Below are positions 9,592 to 19,262 of a stretch of DNA of 64,000 bases, piece after piece. The stretch spans positions 192,001 to 256,000 of the forward strand of contig OY970229.1 of assembly GCA_963714085.1 (NCBI GenBank), given 5' to 3'. Both the position numbers and the translations under genes were made by a program. Each line of letters opens with the position of its first letter. Within the stretch, counting starts at the first letter, position 1. The notes under the pieces are model-generated. The model was not told where the DNA came from. It ran no database searches and was given only the letters and a program-made list of their open reading frames with translations. This stretch comes from an uncultured Candidatus Micrarchaeota archaeon. Lineage in GTDB: Archaea > Micrarchaeota > Micrarchaeia > Anstonellales > Bilamarchaeaceae.

Positions 9592-10686
9592 TCATTCAAT
9601 CATGAATTCTCGCTCTTCGTATCTGTTCCCCATTTTGGGGATCACAACGGTAAAACTCTCACCGCGATTGAGCTCCTTGGCCGCTTGCCGAGGATTTTGG
9701 AGGATGAACTCGTGGATTTTTTTGGCGTTTTGTTCGGATATTACAAACGCATTCCCGCTATGTCCATCTCTACTGCTGGTTCCATGCGACATGCAGAAGG
9801 CTATCTGACCCTGATAAGGGAAAAACAATAAGAAACGCCCTTCCCTAAAGAACATCCCGCAAAACTGGCTACCATCGCGAAGAGCGCTCCAGATCTCGTT
9901 CGCCGTTCCCCCATCCATTTTATTCGCCCTGGTCACGCCGCCTTCGCTTGAACCGGCGCTGGCATTGCGATAGGAATACCCAAAGCCCGGGCTTTCTGCA
10001 AGAAGGCGCTTGATCGCCGCCGCATCCATTGCAGAAGTTCCATCCGCCGGAGCGCCAGCCCATTTCCTGGCCACCAGTTCATGGCCCATCCGTAATGATA
10101 TGTCGGCGTATTGCTTGATGGCATCTTTCACTGCTTGGGCATCAGCGTTCACCGCATGTTGATAAGCCCGTGTCAGCCCGTTCAAAGTTTTTCGTGCCTT
10201 TATGATCGTCGCAGCACCTGCCACTGCGATTACCGTGCCACTGCCGGCAACAGATAGCAAAGACGCTATCCCGCCAATGACAGCAGCAACAGTACCGGCG
10301 GCAGCGATGGTTTTCCCGATTAACAGGGTTTTCCCCGAACGTTGCCTGGAAAGCACCTTTGCGCACCTGGCCACCCGCTTATCGGCATCATCGACATTTT
10401 GGTTTACTTTGTCCGAATCGGCGGCGAGCCTCAGGTAAAGGCCAAACTCGGTTCTGACCGCATCGCCGGATGCTTTGATTTCATCAGCTGTCGGTGCATC
10501 GGACAGATTCGTGACTCCGCTATTGCGCAAACATCGGACTATGGTTTGGTTTAATTCACCCAGCCCATGCCTGACCGTATCTTGTCGTTGAGAGAGCGTG
10601 TCGTGCATAGGAGCTTCGGATATCGGGGATAGTCTGCGTCTTTCCCCTGTTTGTCCAACTGAAGCTTTTAACGAGGTCATGACCAT
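9592..10686 (-). CDS. Hypothetical protein with a central hydrophobic Ala/Gly-rich hairpin
   Basis: 364-aa ORF, TTAAA about 26 nt upstream, lower GC. Confidence 0.65.
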   Translation of the reverse strand: MVMTSLKASVGQTGERRRLSPISEAPMHDTLSQRQDTVRHGLGELNQTIVRCLRNSGVTNLSDAPTADEIKASGDAVRTEFGLYLRLAADSDKVNQNVDDADKRVARCAKVLSRQRSGKTLLIGKTIAAAGTVAAVIGGIASLLSVAGSGTVIAVAGAATIIKARKTLNGLTRAYQHAVNADAQAVKDAIKQYADISLRMGHELVARKWAGAPADGTSAMDAAAIKRLLAESPGFGYSYRNASAGSSEGGVTRANKMDGGTANEIWSALRDGSQFCGMFFREGRFLLFFPYQGQIAFCMSHGTSSRDGHSGNAFVISEQNAKKIHEFILQNPRQAAKELNRGESFTVVIPKMGNRYEEREFMIE

Positions 10687-10852
10687 GAAATAGTTACTCC
10701 AAAACTCTTCTTAAATCTATCTTTTTTATCCGTTTTATACAACATATACGTTATTTGACGAAAAGAGCCTGGATCAGGATTGTTATAAATCCATTTATTA
10801 TTTTTTAATAAAAAAAATGCAGTATAATGACAGTTATGGATCACGACCGGAC

Positions 10853-10909
10853 CTCTTCCGAGTTTGTTATCCCCTTGGCCTGTTGCGCACCAACAATCCG
10901 GTCAAGCTC
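10853..10909 (-). pseudogene. 57-bp relic fragment of the RelE-like toxin gene
   Basis: 53/57 identity to 8981-9037 in the same orientation. Confidence 0.9.
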
Positions 10910-10959
10910 ATGTGGTCAACCATTAAAAACTATTTGCCGCTACATGACTAGCGATTGCA

Positions 10960-12399
10960 ATGAAGACTTCATTCATATCGCCGCAGGAGAGCGTGAAAAT
11001 GACGATACGGGACCACGTCATAGGGCCGGGCGAGAGGGGCGCGATGAGCGCGGCCCTCACGCGCCTGGAGCCGCTATTCGACAGCGGCGGGGGATTCGCG
11101 ACCCTGCCGCGCGTCACGATGACGCCGCAGTTCTTTTCCGGGTTCCTCAAGCGCGCCGGGGCATCGCACGACAACCCCAAGGCGGAGGACGCGATACGCT
11201 CCGCCAGATTCAACAGGACGGAGAGCGACGCGGTGCGCGAGGCGCTGGAGCAGTTCAAGGGCCTGTACGTGGAGATACGCGCAGACGAATGCACGGCGCT
11301 CAGGAGCGGGCTCTGGGCCAGGAAATACGCCTATTACAACAACTGGGGCGACTCGATAGACGAGATCCTGGACATGGTGAAGAAGGTGCTCGAGTCCGAG
11401 TTCTCCAGGGACGCCATCGCGTTCAAGAGGAGGATGGGGCTGCTGATGGGAGATACCGCGGGCGTGATGTTCATGCCAGTGGACGTCATGCCCTGCCTTG
11501 GCACCATGCAGACCACGCCGCTGCACGCCGTAGCCACCACCGGATTCGCGAAAGACGAGCCCCTTGTCATGATCGGCAGCGGCATCATGGGCGCGGACAA
11601 GCGCGATGCGACAGTCATGCTCGGCAGCGAGCTGGATGAGAGGCACATAAACGACCTGGCGAGGCAGGCCAGGAACAGACACGCGCTCAGCCTCGAGAGC
11701 AAGAGCATATTGCTGAGAGACAAAGAAGAGTACGCAGAGGTGCAGGAGGCGGTCGCGAGGTTCCTTGCGCACCCCGGGCGCGCCCTGTCCAGGCTCAAGC
11801 GGGGGCTCGACGCGCTCAGGTGCTCCGTGCCCATGCAGCTCGAGCTGGCTTACAGCGGGGTGCAGTGGTCTGTGTCCCGCATCAAGCCGGCGGAGTTTAC
11901 GCATATCGCGAAGCCGGAACATTGCGGAAGCATCGTCAGCATGGAGGGCGGCGCCGGACGCGAGCCCGGCACGCAGTACGGCATAGGCGTCTCGGGCAGG
12001 AAGGTGGTGGACTCGGACACCGTGTTCCCGGTCCGCTGCTCTGAGAAAGGGAGGAAGGCGCTGGCAGAGTTCAACGCGCAGGCCGACGGCTACGTGCTGC
12101 TGCTCGACGCCCCGCTCTACAAGCTGCGCACGTCGTTCTCGTTCGCGGACTACTCCAACGCCGCCGCGGTGCTGTGCAGGGAGGAGCCGTGCGGGCGCTC
12201 GGCGATGCCCCAGGTGGGAGGCGCGCTGCGCGAGGCAGGCATAATCGTGCTGGCCAGCAGCATGAACAACGACTTCCTCAGCGGGCTGGAGTTGGGCGAC
12301 GAATTCCTCAACGGGCTGAGGTTCATGCGGCCGAACGAAGTGAAGATGCGCGTGTACGTGAACGACGAGGTGCCCGAGGGCTGGGCGTCGCTGCGCTGA
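10960..12399 (+). CDS. Degenerate PEP synthase/PPDK N-terminal (ATP-grasp)-like protein
   Basis: VEIRADE...SGLW, MVKKVLESEFSRDAIAF, GVMFMPV and MQLELAY...SRIKP echo the VRSS..ED, IK.V.AS, MaV.vQ and dIEfA...Q.RP motifs of PPDK_N. Confidence 0.5.
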   Translation: MKTSFISPQESVKMTIRDHVIGPGERGAMSAALTRLEPLFDSGGGFATLPRVTMTPQFFSGFLKRAGASHDNPKAEDAIRSARFNRTESDAVREALEQFKGLYVEIRADECTALRSGLWARKYAYYNNWGDSIDEILDMVKKVLESEFSRDAIAFKRRMGLLMGDTAGVMFMPVDVMPCLGTMQTTPLHAVATTGFAKDEPLVMIGSGIMGADKRDATVMLGSELDERHINDLARQARNRHALSLESKSILLRDKEEYAEVQEAVARFLAHPGRALSRLKRGLDALRCSVPMQLELAYSGVQWSVSRIKPAEFTHIAKPEHCGSIVSMEGGAGREPGTQYGIGVSGRKVVDSDTVFPVRCSEKGRKALAEFNAQADGYVLLLDAPLYKLRTSFSFADYSNAAAVLCREEPCGRSAMPQVGGALREAGIIVLASSMNNDFLSGLELGDEFLNGLRFMRPNEVKMRVYVNDEVPEGWASLR

Positions 12400-12426
12400 G
12401 AGGCGCAGCTTCTTTCCATAAAAAGC

Positions 12427-13425
12427 TCACTTCCGTACTCCTTCCAAGCGCTCCGCCAATGCGATGAAACGGTCAGCTATGCCCAGGAGCGGCTGTATGA
12501 TGCCGGTCTGGGCGGCTTCCAGGTCTACGAATCGGATTTGAAGGAACCCTGCGACTTCCCTCAGCTGGGCGGCCTCCTCCCTTAGCTTTTGCGGGTCGGC
12601 GGCGTAAAACTCCATCGCCCCGGGCGCGCCTCTTGCGAGCCATTCGATTGCTTCCGCGATGCCGTCTACTTGCGCTTCAGAGCCATGGACGATGAGGCGC
12701 TCGGGCGATTGTCTTACGAGCGAGAGCAGGTTGGCGGTTTCAAGCGACACGTCGGCTGCCGTGGCCACCGCGAGAGCATCGAACGCTGCGGAGGCCGAGA
12801 GGCTGGCGACCCACCTGTCCTGGCCCTGAAAGTCGTTGTGGAATACGTGGAGGAGGCCGAGGCTGGGGAAAACAGGGATCCTGGTGGAGACGCTCCTGCC
12901 ATCGGATTCCTCGAGCGCGATGCCGCTCCGGTTCGGGAGCTCGAGCGGGTGGACTTCGCCGTTGAACTCCATGATCACGCCTTTTGCCGCGATCATCTCG
13001 GCAGGCGTGCTTATCGGGTTGCCGCTCTCCGAGTCGAGCAGCGGGACCAGCGGCTTGCCGTCCGGGGCGAAGCCCTGGTCGCAGAGGAGCATGGTGTCTA
13101 CAAGGCCCGCCTGCCCGTTGCTCGGCCTGAAGAAGACCTTTTTCTTGATTCCATAGTACTGGCATTCGGTCACGACGGAGTCGCCGAGGGCCTTGCCATG
13201 GGCTCCGACCACGGCGGCCGTGCCGACGTGGAATTTCTCGAATCTGAGCCCGTCGGGAAGCGGTTTGAAGTCCCGTGATGCGCCATTTCCCAGGGCGATG
13301 TCGCTGAAGGCGCTGATTGGAAGCATCGCCTTGCGGGCGAGATTGTATGTTGAAAGCCCCTCCAGCCACGTATACGTGGCAGAAGTCGTCCTGACCTCCT
13401 TTTTAGCGACCGCCAAAACGTTCAT
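12427..13425 (-). CDS. Hypothetical protein
   Basis: 332-aa ORF with SD-like GAGGTG and an upstream TTTTAA; no family recognised. Confidence 0.7.
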   Translation of the reverse strand: MNVLAVAKKEVRTTSATYTWLEGLSTYNLARKAMLPISAFSDIALGNGASRDFKPLPDGLRFEKFHVGTAAVVGAHGKALGDSVVTECQYYGIKKKVFFRPSNGQAGLVDTMLLCDQGFAPDGKPLVPLLDSESGNPISTPAEMIAAKGVIMEFNGEVHPLELPNRSGIALEESDGRSVSTRIPVFPSLGLLHVFHNDFQGQDRWVASLSASAAFDALAVATAADVSLETANLLSLVRQSPERLIVHGSEAQVDGIAEAIEWLARGAPGAMEFYAADPQKLREEAAQLREVAGFLQIRFVDLEAAQTGIIQPLLGIADRFIALAERLEGVRK

Positions 13426-13575
13426 TACCGCACCTCTCCATCAGTAAACGTGTTATTCAACAACGTACTTAAAAACTTGTCTATTAACACACGCCTCTGG
13501 CGTTCCTTCCGCGTTTCAGCTTCGGATCAAAGGCTAAAGCAGCCGGCATGAAGGACGAGAGCGGCTGACCTTTTC

Positions 13576-14091
13576 TTATAATTCGTCATCGGCCTTACGA
13601 CGAGGGCGTTCCGGCCTTTTCGGAGGCGCGGCGATTTTCTCGCTCAGGTATCTTGTTCTGGGGTCCGCGTACCGGCTCTCGAACACGCTGATTCGCGCTG
13701 ACGGGTCCAGCCTGAAGCGGTCGAGCGCTGCGGGCAGGTTTATGTCGGTGGACTCCAGCGTCTTCAGGTAGCCGACATAACCGAGCAGCGCGAGCCGCTG
13801 CACTTCGGAGCCGTAGCACCTGCACATGGCGAGCACGGTGATATGCTCGCGCTCGGTGAGCGGCCTGTCAGCGAAAGACAGCAGGGTCAGGCAGCTTTTC
13901 GTGATCATCACGTCTGGATGGAACTGCTCGATTCTCCGGTTTAGAAGCCGCCTGACGCTCTTTTCCATCGCTTTTTTTCTCCGGTTCAGAAGGCGCCTGG
14001 CGTTCCTGCGCATTATCGTCTCCGGGTCCAGCGGTTGGCGCGGCTTCGGGGCTGCGCGCGGCACCCGTCTTTCGCAGGGCGGTTCCATCAT
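13576..14091 (-). CDS. Hypothetical basic protein
   Basis: Arg-rich ORF divergent from rnp3; start placed at ATG 14091. Confidence 0.6.
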   Translation of the reverse strand: MMEPPCERRVPRAAPKPRQPLDPETIMRRNARRLLNRRKKAMEKSVRRLLNRRIEQFHPDVMITKSCLTLLSFADRPLTEREHITVLAMCRCYGSEVQRLALLGYVGYLKTLESTDINLPAALDRFRLDPSARISVFESRYADPRTRYLSEKIAAPPKRPERPRRKADDEL

Positions 14092-14190
14092 TATCGCGAA
14101 ACTTAGCTGCCTCCCCAAATCAATCCCCTTTTAACTCCTATCCGGTATGTATATGATTGATATTATAAATGTTTATTCCGGTGTTCCATA

Positions 14191-14646
14191 ATGTTCGATA
14201 TAATAAGATGCGGCGCCGATGCCAAGGCGCACGGATTCGAGAGGCTGTTCAGCTCCGAGGAGGCCAATGCCAGGATAAGCGTCGTGGACAACGCGGAGAA
14301 GGCCGCAGAGCTCAAGAACAGGAAGGCGCTCCTCATGCTGAGAGACTGGAAGTTCGACGAAGGCGCGATAAAGGTCATAGCCGAGAAGAAAAAAGCATGC
14401 TTCCTCATAGACCTGTCCACCGTGATTGGCTCGCACGGCATGAGGCGGGCGGTGGAGATGTCCAAGCTGCGGAGCTTCCTGCGCCTGTGCGCCAAGCACG
14501 GCGCTTTTTACGCGTTCGCGAGCTTCTCCGAGAAGGAGGAGGACATCCGGAGCCCGGAGGAGCTCGAGCACATAATAATGCTGTTCGGATTGAACCGCGG
14601 GCAGGCGAAATTCTCGCTGAAGATGCTCGGGGAATACCTGGGATGA
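14191..14646 (+). CDS. rnp3: Ribonuclease P protein component 3 (Rpp30), short form
   Basis: FLIDLSTVI...LRLCAKHGAFYAFAS...DIRSPEEL matches the C-terminal half of archaeal Rpp30; TATA at 14163. Confidence 0.75.
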   Translation: MFDIIRCGADAKAHGFERLFSSEEANARISVVDNAEKAAELKNRKALLMLRDWKFDEGAIKVIAEKKKACFLIDLSTVIGSHGMRRAVEMSKLRSFLRLCAKHGAFYAFASFSEKEEDIRSPEELEHIIMLFGLNRGQAKFSLKMLGEYLG

Positions 14647-14658
14647 TGCGGCACGCTC

Positions 14659-15933
14659 TCAGTTCCCGTTCCCTTGCGGGCCGTGCGCTCCCTGCCTTGG
14701 CTCGGCGCGCCTCTCACGCCAGTGCCTGTAGAGCGAGAGCACCCTCGCCAGGTTGTGCCCGCCGACGAACTCCTTGCCGCCGATGCCTGATATCTCTTCC
14801 AGGAACCATCCCGGGACTATGCCGACGCTTTGGGCCAGCATGAGCGAGCGCCTGGCCGACTCCCTGATTTCGTCCTGTGGCGTGGAGCAGAAATAGCGGA
14901 TGTAATCGAGCGCGGATTCCATCGGTCTCATGGACGCGAGATTGCCGATGACCGCCAGCTCATCCTCTATCTCGCCCATGGCGCTGCCGCGGGACCCGGT
15001 CAGCGCCGCTAATGAATACCTGCCTATCAGCGAAAGCGTGCGGGCGGTATCGCCATACGCCATGGACGCCACGTACTGGATAGTCTCCGGCAGGAGGCTG
15101 AGCTCTCCGCATGCCCGCACCAGCTCGTCGCGTATCGAGCCGTTCAGGACTGCGACGACATGGCTGGTCTCGTCCTCGGCATAATGCTCCTTCATGCACA
15201 GATATGAGGAATGGTAATTCAGCGCGTTCAGCAGGAGCGCGAGGGTCGGGAGCCTGGGGCCGGACGAGAGGCTTTCGAGATAAGCGGGGTCTACGGTCTC
15301 CTTGCGCAGCTGCTGTGCTTCCCTGCTGGATTCCAGGGCAGATCCAACGGGGCCGAGCACATCGACCGAGGATTCTTCGGAATCCCGGAACCTGCAGTTC
15401 TCCACGATGCCCAGGGCATCCTTCATCAGAAAGGATACGTCGGTCACCGCCTCATGGCCGCTTATCAGCCAGGATACGCTGCCGGCATTGGAAAACATGG
15501 AGCCTATGAGAAGCGTGTTGCGCCCGGTGTCGTGTTTATCGAAGATGACGCCGTATGCCCTGTAATGGCCGGTATCCCCGTCCATGCCGCCGCTGCCCGC
15601 GTCCATAAGGAAACCGTTGTCCAGGAAAGCGCGGCACGCGTCCGGCACATTCTTGTCATCCGCCGGGCCTGCGGACATGAGCTTTGCGGCCACCGGGTCG
15701 CCGAGCTCGCGAAGTTTCGCGAGTATCCTGAACCGCTTCGCGGCGATCTCGCCCACCACGGTTCCCAGGCTCGCGCTGTCGAAGGACGGTGCCAGGATAA
15801 TACTGGCGGAGGACGCCGCATGCTCGATAAACTCCGCCCTCTTGAGCGTCAGCTCGTCCAGGGGCTCGGCCCTGAGGAGCATCCGCCTCTCCAGCTCGCC
15901 GACCGGGCGCCTCCCGGCTTTCATCGTGGCCAT
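14659..15933 (-). CDS. Hypothetical protein, paralog 3 of tandem family A
   Basis: Shares LD.iTLKRAE, GFLmD, YGi.FD, DET.HV, DElVRaC and SmAyGDT with the two upstream ORFs. Confidence 0.85.
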   Translation of the reverse strand: MATMKAGRRPVGELERRMLLRAEPLDELTLKRAEFIEHAASSASIILAPSFDSASLGTVVGEIAAKRFRILAKLRELGDPVAAKLMSAGPADDKNVPDACRAFLDNGFLMDAGSGGMDGDTGHYRAYGVIFDKHDTGRNTLLIGSMFSNAGSVSWLISGHEAVTDVSFLMKDALGIVENCRFRDSEESSVDVLGPVGSALESSREAQQLRKETVDPAYLESLSSGPRLPTLALLLNALNYHSSYLCMKEHYAEDETSHVVAVLNGSIRDELVRACGELSLLPETIQYVASMAYGDTARTLSLIGRYSLAALTGSRGSAMGEIEDELAVIGNLASMRPMESALDYIRYFCSTPQDEIRESARRSLMLAQSVGIVPGWFLEEISGIGGKEFVGGHNLARVLSLYRHWRERRAEPRQGAHGPQGNGN

Positions 15934-15934
15934 G

Positions 15935-17251
15935 TCATTGCAGCCTCCTTTCCTGGTTCCCGCTTCTGTTCGTGGGCGTGGCCTCGGACTCGCGCTCCTC
16001 GTTCTCCCTGCGCGCAGCGTAGGCGGCGAGCGCCGTCGCCAGGTTCCCCCGATGTACGAACTGTTTCTCTTCCAGCTCAGATACCTCGGCTACGGTTTTC
16101 CTGAGCTCCGGCATCCGGCCGGCCGCCTTGATTATCGTCTTTCGCGCGCGGAGCCTCACGACGTCCTCGTCAAGGCAGCAGAGCGTTGCCAGGTACGTGA
16201 TTGCGGATGTGTGCGCGAAGCCCGTTGTCAACGAGGCTATGTTCATCAGGTACGACTGCGCAGCGGCCAGGCCGACTCCGGCCTTGTTCAGGTTCTCGAG
16301 CACGTCCAGGCCTATGAGCGCGAGCGCCCTGGCCGTGTCACCGTACGCAATGGACATGGCATGCTCGACGTACCTGGGCATGCCGTTCAGCTGGGCGCAG
16401 CCCCGGACCATCTCGTCGCGTATGGTGCCGTTCGTCAACGACATCACGTAGGCGGACTCGTCTTGCGAGTGGTGCTTCCTCATGCGCATGTAATCGAAGC
16501 GCAGGCGCAGCGCTTTGAGCGCGAGCTCCAGGCCCTCCTTTCCGCCGACGCAGAGGAGCCGGGCGATGTGTCCGGGATCGGCATCGCTCCTGCGCAGCTG
16601 CGCGAGATCCGCGGCGGTGAACCGGACCCCTTCCATGTTGGCCTCCGTGCCGTACAAGTCGGATGGGATGGAATTGTAGGCGTCGACCTTCAGCATGGCG
16701 AGCATCAGCGGCTCGAACATGTCCACGATGAGCCCGCCGTCTGCCGTCTTCGATGTCGTCTGATCGCTGTTGTGGAGCATCGCGCCGACGCGGTACGCGG
16801 CGTTGCCCGCGTCGCAGCGGTCGAACACGATGCCGTAGACGCCGGATCGCGTGACCGCGACGCCACCTGGCGTTTCCATGAGCCCGATGCGGGCTTCCAT
16901 CAGGAAGCCGTCCTCGAGGAACATAGGCCCGGTGGTATTCATCACCCGCGCGTCGTTGCGCAACGAGGCTGACAGCGCGACCGAGGCTATCGAGTCGCCA
17001 AGCCCAGCGAGCTCTCCGAGCAGCCTGACGGACGTATCGTGTTCGGCTTTGAGGACTTCCAGCTCTGCTTCGGCTGCGGCCCGGTCTCCGGACTTCGCCA
17101 TGCACATGACCTTGGCACCCCGCGTGGCGCTGCTCATGAGATTCTCCGCGAACTCCGCGCGCTTGAGCGTTATCGGGTCCAGGCGTCCGGCCTTGAGGAG
17201 CATCCGCCTCTCCAGCTCGCAGCCCCAGCGCTCTTTCATCGCGCCCGCCAT
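15935..17251 (-). CDS. Hypothetical protein, paralog 2 of tandem family A
   Basis: Same motifs; 1-nt spacing to both neighbours; GAGGGG SD. Confidence 0.85.
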   Translation of the reverse strand: MAGAMKERWGCELERRMLLKAGRLDPITLKRAEFAENLMSSATRGAKVMCMAKSGDRAAAEAELEVLKAEHDTSVRLLGELAGLGDSIASVALSASLRNDARVMNTTGPMFLEDGFLMEARIGLMETPGGVAVTRSGVYGIVFDRCDAGNAAYRVGAMLHNSDQTTSKTADGGLIVDMFEPLMLAMLKVDAYNSIPSDLYGTEANMEGVRFTAADLAQLRRSDADPGHIARLLCVGGKEGLELALKALRLRFDYMRMRKHHSQDESAYVMSLTNGTIRDEMVRGCAQLNGMPRYVEHAMSIAYGDTARALALIGLDVLENLNKAGVGLAAAQSYLMNIASLTTGFAHTSAITYLATLCCLDEDVVRLRARKTIIKAAGRMPELRKTVAEVSELEEKQFVHRGNLATALAAYAARRENEERESEATPTNRSGNQERRLQ

Positions 17252-17252
17252 G

Positions 17253-18617
17253 TCAGTTCCCCCTCTTGTCCGCGTTCGGGCTCTCCGCGGTGTCTGCGTC
17301 AGGGGGCTGCCTGCGCTGCTCCGAAGCCTCCTCCCTGAGCCTGTAGACCTCGAGTATCCTTGGCAGGTTCTCCCGCGTCACGAACGCCTTCCCTCTTATG
17401 GAATCGAGCTCTGCCACCAGGGACTCGGGTAACGTGGGTTCGCCCCGGGTCGTTGAGATGAAGATGTTCCTGGCCTTTTCTCTGACCACCTCGTCGCTCA
17501 CCATGCACATCCAGAACAGGGATGAGAGCGGGCTCTGGTTCGACATCCCCATCAGCAGGTTGCCGAGCGATGCGAATTGCCTCCTCGTTTTCTCGGCTTC
17601 GCCCTCGTCGCCGAAAGCGAGCTCCGCCAGCGCCTGCGTCCCGAGCTGGTAGAGCCCGCGGTAGGTGTCGCCGAACGCCATCGAGACCATGAAGTCGTAT
17701 CCCAGGAGGCCGGATTGCGTCGCGCAGGCACGGACCAGCTCGTCCTGTATCATTGAATTGAGCGATGCGACGACGTGCTCGGTCTCGTCATCCGCATGCG
17801 CGCCCTTGGCCGTCATGTAGTTGAAATGGTAGTGCAGGACCTCCAGCATGCTCTCGAACGCGCTGTCGCCACCGGCGCTGATGAGCCGCGTGAGGAACCT
17901 GGGGTCCGGCGCATCGGTGCGCACGTACCGCCTCATGTCATCAGGGCTTATCCTTGCCGCCATCGCGCCGACCCTGGTGCCTTCGGTGGTGAAGCAGTTC
18001 ATCTCGCCGAAGTCGCACTTCCGTGTCCTGAAGGCCTCCACGTTCTCGATCGATTCCATGAGAAGGAAATGCGTGTCCAGCGTCAGCCCAACCCCCAGCG
18101 TCGCGGCCTCCCATGAGACCCTGACGTCGTTGTCGAGCATCGCGCCGATGTTGACGGCCCTCTGGCCCGTGCGGCATTTATCGAACAGTATCCCGTACGC
18201 GGCGTGCCCGAATTTCACGCCCATGCCCCCGGGCCTCGGGACGATTGTGATGCCGTGGTCAATGAGGAACCCGCCGTTCGCGAGCATGGCGCCGATGTCC
18301 GGCACTTCGGCCTGCGTGGCCAGCGCCATGGCCCGCTGAGCGACCGTATCGCCCATCCGCGAGAGCTCCTCGACCGTCCTGGTGATCTTCTCCATGGATG
18401 GCGCCTTGGCGGGCCCCTTCCTGCCCTGCGCCCTGGCCGCGGCCACCAGCATCTCGCGGCTCGCTGGTATGAAATGCCTCGCCAGCTCCGCGCGCTTGAG
18501 CGTTATCTGGTCGAGCGGCTCGGCCATCGCGAAGAGCCTCTGCCTGAGGCCGTCCGATGGCTTGGGTTGCGCCTTGGCTTTATGAACTGTCATGGATGTG
18601 CCTCTGCTGATAGGCAT
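17253..18617 (-). CDS. Hypothetical protein, paralog 1 of tandem family A (alternative start 18593)
   Basis: Same motifs; TTTAAA at about 18635 upstream. Confidence 0.85.
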   Translation of the reverse strand: MPISRGTSMTVHKAKAQPKPSDGLRQRLFAMAEPLDQITLKRAELARHFIPASREMLVAAARAQGRKGPAKAPSMEKITRTVEELSRMGDTVAQRAMALATQAEVPDIGAMLANGGFLIDHGITIVPRPGGMGVKFGHAAYGILFDKCRTGQRAVNIGAMLDNDVRVSWEAATLGVGLTLDTHFLLMESIENVEAFRTRKCDFGEMNCFTTEGTRVGAMAARISPDDMRRYVRTDAPDPRFLTRLISAGGDSAFESMLEVLHYHFNYMTAKGAHADDETEHVVASLNSMIQDELVRACATQSGLLGYDFMVSMAFGDTYRGLYQLGTQALAELAFGDEGEAEKTRRQFASLGNLLMGMSNQSPLSSLFWMCMVSDEVVREKARNIFISTTRGEPTLPESLVAELDSIRGKAFVTRENLPRILEVYRLREEASEQRRQPPDADTAESPNADKRGN

Positions 18618-18735
18618 CTTATGTCCAGAACTGCTTTAAAAGCTACTGTTTTTTACATTTTTAGCAACCAAAGCCACGGACCCGCGTTCCCCAGAGGGAT
18701 GGACTGGCGAGGCCCTCCTTCAAGAGAAAGCAGGA

Positions 18736-19176
18736 TCAGAGGAACTTGCTCATCACGCTGAGGGTACGTTTCCCTCCCCATTGCCTCTCCAGGCGCGCTT
18801 CCTCCGCGTATCCCTTTCTCTTGTAGAATCCGTAGGCTTTTGAGGATGGGAAGGTCCACAGCCAGATTTTCCTGCATTTGTGCCTCTTGGCCGCGGCCTC
18901 GCATCTTCCGAGTAGCATGGAGCCTGCTCCGGCCCCGCGGCGGTCTTTGGCCACTATGAAGGCCCCTATCTTGGCCACGTTGCGGCCTATGTGCAGGGAC
19001 GCCACCCCGACGGTCTTCCCGTCCTCCACGGCCTTGAAGAACAGCTTCTTTTCCCTGATGGAGAAGGTCAGGTACTCGTCCCGCCCTTCCTTGCCGAAGA
19101 ACTCGCCGAAATAGCGCTCGAACTCCCTGTCCGCGAAGCGCTGGTAGGCCCACTTGGACGACGTCTTGACTTCCAT
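18736..19176 (-). CDS. GNAT family N-acetyltransferase
   Basis: VAKDRRGAGAGSMLL (motif A) and AYGFYKRKGY (motif B); start moved to ATG 19176. Confidence 0.9.
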   Translation of the reverse strand: MEVKTSSKWAYQRFADREFERYFGEFFGKEGRDEYLTFSIREKKLFFKAVEDGKTVGVASLHIGRNVAKIGAFIVAKDRRGAGAGSMLLGRCEAAAKRHKCRKIWLWTFPSSKAYGFYKRKGYAEEARLERQWGGKRTLSVMSKFL

Positions 19177-19262
19177 GGACAAAGAAGGTGGCGGCAAACT
19201 ATAAATATCATTGTTTTTGGCGATGCGCCCGCTTTTTAAATTGTTTTAATTAGTATATTAGT

